In this document: piece after piece, positions 57,165-64,000 of the stretch
Layout: each line of letters opens with the position of its first letter
How positions within the stretch are numbered: position 1 is the stretch's first letter
From: Eledone cirrhosa
Taxonomy: Eukaryota
Direction: 5' to 3'
DNA length: 64,000 nucleotides
Assembly (NCBI GenBank): GCA_964016885.1
Contig: OZ024751.1
Span: 44,206,001-44,270,000, forward strand
The notes under the pieces: model-generated
The model's database searches: none
What the model was told of the DNA's origin: nothing
Seen by the model: only the letters and a program-made list of their open reading frames with translations
Program-made: the position numbers and the translations under genes

Positions 57165-57655
57165 TCAAACACCTTTCCCTACCACTACCACTACTACCAC
57201 CACCACCACCACCACAACCACTATCATCGTCACCACCATCAAACACCCCCTTCCTACCACCACCACCACCACCACCACCACCATCAAACACCCCCTTCTT
57301 ATCACCACCACCACCACCATCAAACACCCCCTCCTTACTACCACCATCAAACACCCCTCCTTACCACCATCACCACCGCCACCAAACACCCCTCCTTACC
57401 ACCACCACCATCAAACACCCCTTCCTTACCACCACCACCACCATCATCAAACACCCACTGCCTCCCGACCACCACCACCACCACCACCACGACCACCAAA
57501 CACCCCTTCCTTACCACCACCACCATCAAACACCCACTGTATCCCGACCACCACCACCACCACCACCACCACCACCACCACCACCACCACCACCACCACC
57601 ACCAAACACCCCTTCCTTACCACCACCACCATCAAACACCCACTGCCTCCCGCCC
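57165..57655. repeat. ACCATCAAACACCCC-containing minisatellite
   Basis: Recurring CATCAAACACCC(C)TTCCTTACCACC unit. Confidence 0.8.
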
Positions 57656-57901
57656 ACCACCACCAGCCACTATCTCCCCCCATTACTCCTACCCTATCTT
57701 ACCACATCAATATATCGCAATCCGTTCGCCGTACGTAATCAAACAGCAATGGACGACATATTTGCTGCAATCTGTTTAGTTTCGTGTTTGTTGACTGCTT
57801 GTTAAATACAAAGCTATTTAGATTAAAAACCTCCCTTCCCTTTCCTCCCTCTCTCACACTACCCCTTGTATCTCTTCCTCTCTCTTTATCCCCTCTCTTT
57901 T

Positions 57902-57964
<63 letters not shown>

Positions 57965-58746
57965 CTCACCTCCCTAACTCTACCCCCCCACCACCACCAC
58001 CACCATCAAACTCACGATTGTGCATTGCCCAACCAGCGATTTAATAATGGACAACATGACAACATACACCGCTTCGTTTTCTCCGAATGCTTAGCAGTTC
58101 TGAATGAGCTAATTAAGCACAAAAGCCGAAACTGCTTATCTCAGACTAGTAAGGGCCGAAACGCCAAATAAATAATCACTTTCAAAGACCCGACGACCTC
58201 ACTGCCATGCCCTTTGCCATTGATGGAGTGAATAATTGTTAATATATAGGCGTAGGCAAAGAGACTATTAACATTCCAGCAATTGAAAATTGAAATTGGG
58301 CTAATAAATTAACTTTTATCCTTAATTAATATACATATTTCTGACCTGCGTACATATACATACATGCATACATGAGTACATGCATACATACATACCTAAA
58401 TACATACATACATACTTATATACATTCATACATACGTACATACATGAGTACGTGCATACATACATACGTACTTACATACATACTTATATACATTCATACA
58501 TAAATACGTACACACATGCATACACACATACATACATATATTCATTCATAGATACGTACGTACATACATACACACATACATATATACACATACATACATG
58601 CATGCATACATACACACATACATACATTCATACATACATACATTCATACATACATACGTACATACATGACTACGTGCATACATAGATACGTAAATACATA
58701 CATACAGACAGACATTTATACATACAGACATATATATATGTAAATA

Positions 58747-58796
58747 TAGGAACCAGTAAGACCCCGACAGCTGAGCTCAAGCCGTTTCGACGGCTA
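58747..58796. mobile_element. Family A isolated half-arm
   Basis: Matches the left arm of the 31270 copy; bounded by TA. Confidence 0.7.
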
Positions 58797-58818
58797 TATA
58801 TATGGCTATATATATATA

Positions 58819-58878
<60 letters not shown>

Positions 58879-58910
58879 TATATGTTTGTGCACACCAACT
58901 TATGTTATAT

Positions 58911-59190
58911 ATGCGAAGGCACATATCTTAGTTGTGAGTGTGTTTGACTCATGACAGTAAGGTCGTGAGTTTGATTTCCAGCAATGCATTGTGTCCTTCA
59001 ACAAGATACTTTATTTCACGTTGCTCCAGTCACATCAGCGGGAACAAATCAGTTATACCAGTAATTTAAAGGTCCAGCTTTGTCATGTTAGATTTTCCTA
59101 AGAATAATTTTAAGGGTAAAGCTGTTTGTAGAATGCTCAACCACTCGCACACTGATTTCATGAGCAGGTATTTTCGTTGGTCAAATCTAC
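58911..59190 (+). mobile_element. Diverged tRNA-derived SINE with the same head as 21003 but a different tail
   Basis: GAAGGCACAT..GTGAGTTTGATTTCC..CAAGATACTTTATTTCACGTTGCTCC, then a tail shared with about 23100-23230. Confidence 0.65.
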
Positions 59191-59265
59191 TGGAATATCT
59201 GGTCCATCACATACTACTATATATATGTATATAGTAGATATAAAAAAAGTAGATCAGCCACCAGA

Positions 59266-59338
59266 TGCCGAAACCCGAGATTGAACCAGGGACCTTTAGA
59301 TCTTCAGTCTAACACTGTCCCAACTGAGCTATTTCGGC
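59266..59338 (-). tRNA. tRNA-Phe(GAA), probably a pseudogene or degenerate copy
   Basis: Reverse complement GCCGAAATAGCTCAGTTGGGACAGTGTTAGACTGAAGATCTAAAGGTCCCTGGTTCAATCTCGGGTTTCGGCA resembles metazoan tRNA-Phe. It has a D-stem C-C mismatch and a G-U at the top of the T-stem. A T7 run lies about 17 nt downstream (A run 59242-59248). Confidence 0.88.
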
Positions 59339-59630
59339 TGGTGTCTCGGCGGCCTAGTTGGAGGAATGATAGACGGTGGTGATCCTAATCAGGAGTAGGG
59401 TTCCCGGTAAACCTTTTCAGTTATTTTCTTTGGGATGTATAATAAAAACTGAAAAAACATTGTATGTACCTCTTGGCCAGGATTGAACCCAAGACCAGAA
59501 TCTCCACCGTCTCTAGTACCTACTGCTAGGCCACTGAGACAGCCATGAAAATCTACCGAAAATGTATACTTAAAACCTACTTCCTACATTTTCAAATTAA
59601 ATTAATTCAACAGCTAAACATACAAAGGGA

Positions 59631-59775
59631 TAATAATTGTTTCTACTTTAGGCACAAGGCCAGCAATCACCCAGTGCATTACTGGTACTTTATTTTATCG
59701 ACCCCGTAAGGATGAAAGGCAAAGTCAACCTCGGCGGGATTTGAACTCAGATCGTAAAGGGACGTAACTATGCTG
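59631..59775 (-). mobile_element. Second-family SINE, 5'-truncated
   Basis: Nearly identical to 30774-30909. Confidence 0.8.
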
Positions 59776-59878
59776 GAATAATGTTGTTACCAAAGAGCCA
59801 GAAGATTGACAAGTCGACCCTAAATATGAATAATAGCTTTAGGAAAGCCATGAACGATACCACATCTTTTAACTTTGA

Positions 59879-60155
59879 TTTTGAAAGTAGGTTTATAATT
59901 ATTAATTTTCATCCCACTTTTGTAGTTGTCTCGGTGGCTTAGTTGGAGGAATCATGGCCGGTGGTGGTCCTGGTCAGGCGTAGGGTTCCCGGTAAATCTT
60001 TCAGTTTTTTTCTATGGGATCTAAAATAAAAACTGAAACGGTTAGATGTACCTCTTGACCAGGATTGAATCCTGGACCAGGATCTCAACCGCTAGGCCAC
60101 TGAGACAGCTACGAAAATTTACCGAAAATTCATACTTATAAACCTACTTTCAAAA
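59879..60155. mobile_element. Inverted-repeat element with tRNA-like A/B-box sequences in the arms; related partial copy at 59341-59582
   Basis: TTTTGAAAGTAGGTTTATAA...TTATAAACCTACTTTCAAAA termini; internal GTCTCGGTGGCTTAG / CTAGGCCACTGAGAC. Confidence 0.6.
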
Positions 60156-60194
60156 TTTTTAATACAAAATCATGTGGTGTAGTTTATGTGTTTC

Positions 60195-60233
<39 letters not shown>

Positions 60234-60360
60234 ATTTATCTTCAATTATATATATGTGTGCATGTATGTATTTCTGATTCTGTTGTACATGTATTTTTTC
60301 CGTTATTTTAATTCAGCCTCACTTTCATATGTAATAGATTTTAATTTCATATCTTATATC

Positions 60361-60456
60361 CATAACATAGATATTTTATCTGATGAACGAAATAGACGTT
60401 TCTGTTAGAATCGTCTAACTTCGTGAAACCTTGGGTAATGGAATAACTATATTGTG
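60361..60456 (+). ncRNA. Type I hammerhead ribozyme motif
   Basis: CTGATGA 60380-60386; stem II ACGAA/TTCGT plus TAGACG/CGTCTA; GAAA 60425-60428; stem III ACC-TTG-GGT; GUA cleavage triplet; extended stem I (60361-60379 with 60438-60456, 2 mismatches). Confidence 0.8.
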
Positions 60457-60536
60457 TTGTTTATTACATATAATTAAATAGCTCTGTATTATACATAGAG
60501 CCTTCTTCTTTCATTTACCTTTTCTACAGAAATACT

Positions 60537-60630
<94 letters not shown>

Positions 60631-60973
60631 ACACATATATATATTTATATATAGGGGCGGTGGAAGCATTTCTGAATTGGGGGGAGCGAAATTTGGCTAA
60701 TTTAGTTGGAGTGATTAGTTTAGCTCTTTGCACTCTAAAATGGCCAGAAAACTTCGATATGCGATAAACATAACAACGTCACCCCCGCGAATATCGGGGG
60801 ACAACTGTATATATAGATTAGAAGAGTCTTTACCTAACTTAATTTCTAAACAGCACATCAATAACTTACTACTAATAACTCCCAGCAGAACAGCCCCTAA
60901 CATTATGGCAACAGTAAACAATTGAATGCAACGTGAATGCAGTCACTCTTTTAAACAACAGAGCCAAAGTTAT

Positions 60974-61019
<46 letters not shown>

Positions 61020-61031
61020 ATATATATATAT

Positions 61032-61065
<34 letters not shown>

Positions 61066-61311
61066 ATTATATATATATATATATCTGATCCATGGTCTTT
61101 CGAGACCAAACATATGTATGTAAGGATATGTATGCATGTATATATGTATATATGTATATATGTATATATGTATATATATGTGTGTGTGTATGTATGTATA
61201 TATATATATATATATATATGTGTGTATGTATGTATATATATATACATATATATATACACATATATATATTTATATATGTATATATATATACATATATATA
61301 TACACACACAA

Positions 61312-61353
<42 letters not shown>

Positions 61354-61361
61354 GTATATAT

Positions 61362-61402
<41 letters not shown>

Positions 61403-61439
61403 AATATATATATATATTTATATATATATATATTTATAA

Positions 61440-61532
<93 letters not shown>

Positions 61533-61780
61533 GCATATAGGTATGTATGTATTCTTCTAGATTCGATAATCGAGATTAAGGTTAAATTAGATTTGCAATG
61601 ACCTTGTCGTTGAAATTCTTTTCAGATGGAAATGGTGGAATTCTTCGTAAAGAATCAAGTGACATGGTGGACCCTTCATTACCATCTGTTCTCTAGAAAC
61701 AGAAGGATCCGACAGGAAATAGAATTGTTTGTTTTTTAGTTCTCTATCCGCTACATTTTAAATTTCATTTATTTTTCGGG

Positions 61781-61812
<32 letters not shown>

Positions 61813-61843
61813 TATAAATATATTTTTATATTCATATTTAACG

Positions 61844-61896
<53 letters not shown>

Positions 61897-61938
61897 GATA
61901 CATCTATATTTTTTTACATTTATATTTAACATTATTTT

Positions 61939-62007
<69 letters not shown>

Positions 62008-62012
62008 CTCTG

Positions 62013-62058
<46 letters not shown>

Positions 62059-62067
62059 GAGAGAGAG

Positions 62068-62133
<66 letters not shown>

Positions 62134-62370
62134 TGTATATTTAATGGTATTTTTGTGGGTATGCTTGTGTAACGGTGGTGTGTAGGGGTGGGATGTAGGG
62201 GTGGAGTGGGGTGTAGGGATGGGATGTAGGGGCGGGGTGTAGGGTGGTGTGTAGGGGTGGGATGTAGGGTGTGGGTGTGGGGTGTAGATATGGGTTGATT
62301 GGAATGCGAAAGAAGAATGGAGTGAGTAGAGAGAAAGAAAGAGAACCAGTTAGAAAGAGATAGGTAGAGA

Positions 62371-62439
<69 letters not shown>

Positions 62440-62535
62440 GGGAAGGAGAATGTGTAAATGAATTCGGAAGATTATGGTTGGTGATGACATTCCGTAAATG
62501 AGAAAAATATCAGAGTGTGTATGTATATATATATG

Positions 62536-62630
<95 letters not shown>

Positions 62631-62758
62631 GTATGTTTGGTCTCTTGTCTATTTTTATGTATATATATATATATATTGATGTATATATCTGTGCATGTGC
62701 AAGTAGCTCATCACATCTCTCTCTATATGTATATGCATATGTATATATATGTATACAC

Positions 62759-62868
<110 letters not shown>

Positions 62869-63160
62869 AATTTATATACATTTTTTTTTTTTTTCACGAT
62901 TGACTTTCGTTAAATCGGACCGAGGAAACAATGTTTCCGTCGGTCTTTCCAATTGCTAATACCATCTATCGGTCGCAACTCCAGGTACTAGGAGCAACGT
63001 GAAATAAAGAGTTGCGACCGATAGATAGTATTAGCAATTGGAAAGACCAACGGAAACATTGTTTCCTCGGTCCGATTTAACGAAAGTCAATCGTGAAAAA
63101 AAAAAAAAGAAATGTATACATATATGTATGTACGTATACATGCATACTTACATTTATATA

Positions 63161-63211
<51 letters not shown>

Positions 63212-63302
63212 ATATATGCAAAAGTTCTATTTAAAATTGTTGGGATACAACAAGTAAATATTTTATAACTGATATAAAGCACTCGACAAGTTTTTGGAGT
63301 AG

Positions 63303-63458
63303 ATATACGATATTAAATAAATGGAAACTATATTTATAAAACCATATTTATTTCATTATACATATTTCAGGGATACCAAATTTGGTATCCCTGAAATATG
63401 TATAATGAAATAAATATGGTTTTATAAATATAGTTTCCATTTATTTAATATCGTATAT
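63303..63458. repeat. Perfect 156-bp palindrome with zero spacer
   Basis: 78-bp arms centred on CCAAA|TTTGG at 63380/63381; unpaired tail 63218-63302. Confidence 0.9.
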
Positions 63459-63497
63459 ATATATATATATATATATGTAAATATATATATATATATA

Positions 63498-63772
63498 TTG
63501 TTATACTTTGGGAGGGTCATGTTGCCAATAAGAAACACACGCACCATATACTTTCACTTCAATTTATTATAATAAATTTATAAATTTAGGAATTTATAAA
63601 TTTCCGGTTGGTTGGTTGGTTCCACAACCAGATGATTGTTTATATATATATTGTCAAAGTTCTTTCGTCACACATTCTGTGACCTCTTCAGTGACTGGGG
63701 ATTCTTTTCTTTGTTTTTGTGCCTCTCCTTTGTTCTGTCCTACGCCATCTTGTTTGTGAATTCAGAAACGAA
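63498..63772 (-). mobile_element. Hammerhead-containing dispersed repeat, copy 2
   Basis: Reverse complement of 1264-1517; embedded in (TA)n. Confidence 0.7.
63653..63695 (-). ncRNA. Minimal type I hammerhead motif (second copy of 1324-1366)
   Basis: Reverse complement matches 1324-1366. Confidence 0.65.
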
Positions 63773-63859
<87 letters not shown>

Positions 63860-64000
63860 CATATATATACATATGCGTATACATATAGAGAGAGATGTGA
63901 TGAGCTACTTGCACATGCACAGATATATGCATTAATATATATATATACATAAAAATACACATGAGACCAAACATACATACATACATAAATATATACATAT

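Noticed and set aside
58092-58140. CTGAATGA..GAAACTGC hammerhead-like string
   Set aside because: There is no room for stem I and the core spacing is wrong.
60652-60960. AGGGGCGGTGGAAGC start resembling a hAT-type MITE end
   Set aside because: No matching opposite terminus or target duplication was found in the window.
61616-61700. TTCTTTTCAG acceptor followed by short open frames
   Set aside because: No recognisable peptide, donor or partner exon.

Overview
Repeat-dominated, AT-rich eukaryotic genomic DNA. The microsatellite load and SINE types suggest an octopus/cephalopod, but that is inference. No host gene could be confidently called, and most listed ORFs are translations of microsatellites. 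Real coding content is retrotransposon-derived: a 5'-truncated RTE-clade LINE with RT and three C-terminal C2H2 fingers (about 11520-14230, 3' end at 20262-20405), an apparently full-length Tx1/L1-clade LINE (14231-20260) nested in its (ATT)n 3' UTR, and a second near-identical truncated RTE copy (31620-32781). There are also many tRNA-derived SINE copies, a tRNA-Phe(GAA) gene or pseudogene (59266-59338, minus strand) and several large minisatellites. The most interesting signal lies in the short unique-looking islands between (TA)n tracts. They contain type I hammerhead-ribozyme-like motifs from about five unrelated families (for example 1324, 20647, 21305, 39296, 43872, 60361, 63653). They also contain at least five families of asymmetric fold-back (hairpin plus tail) elements, with copy-specific fold points in the families that have several copies. 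Together these point to a diverse population of microsatellite-targeting Penelope-like or retrozyme-like elements that use (TA)n as landing sites. All structures were folded by eye and need computational and biochemical confirmation.
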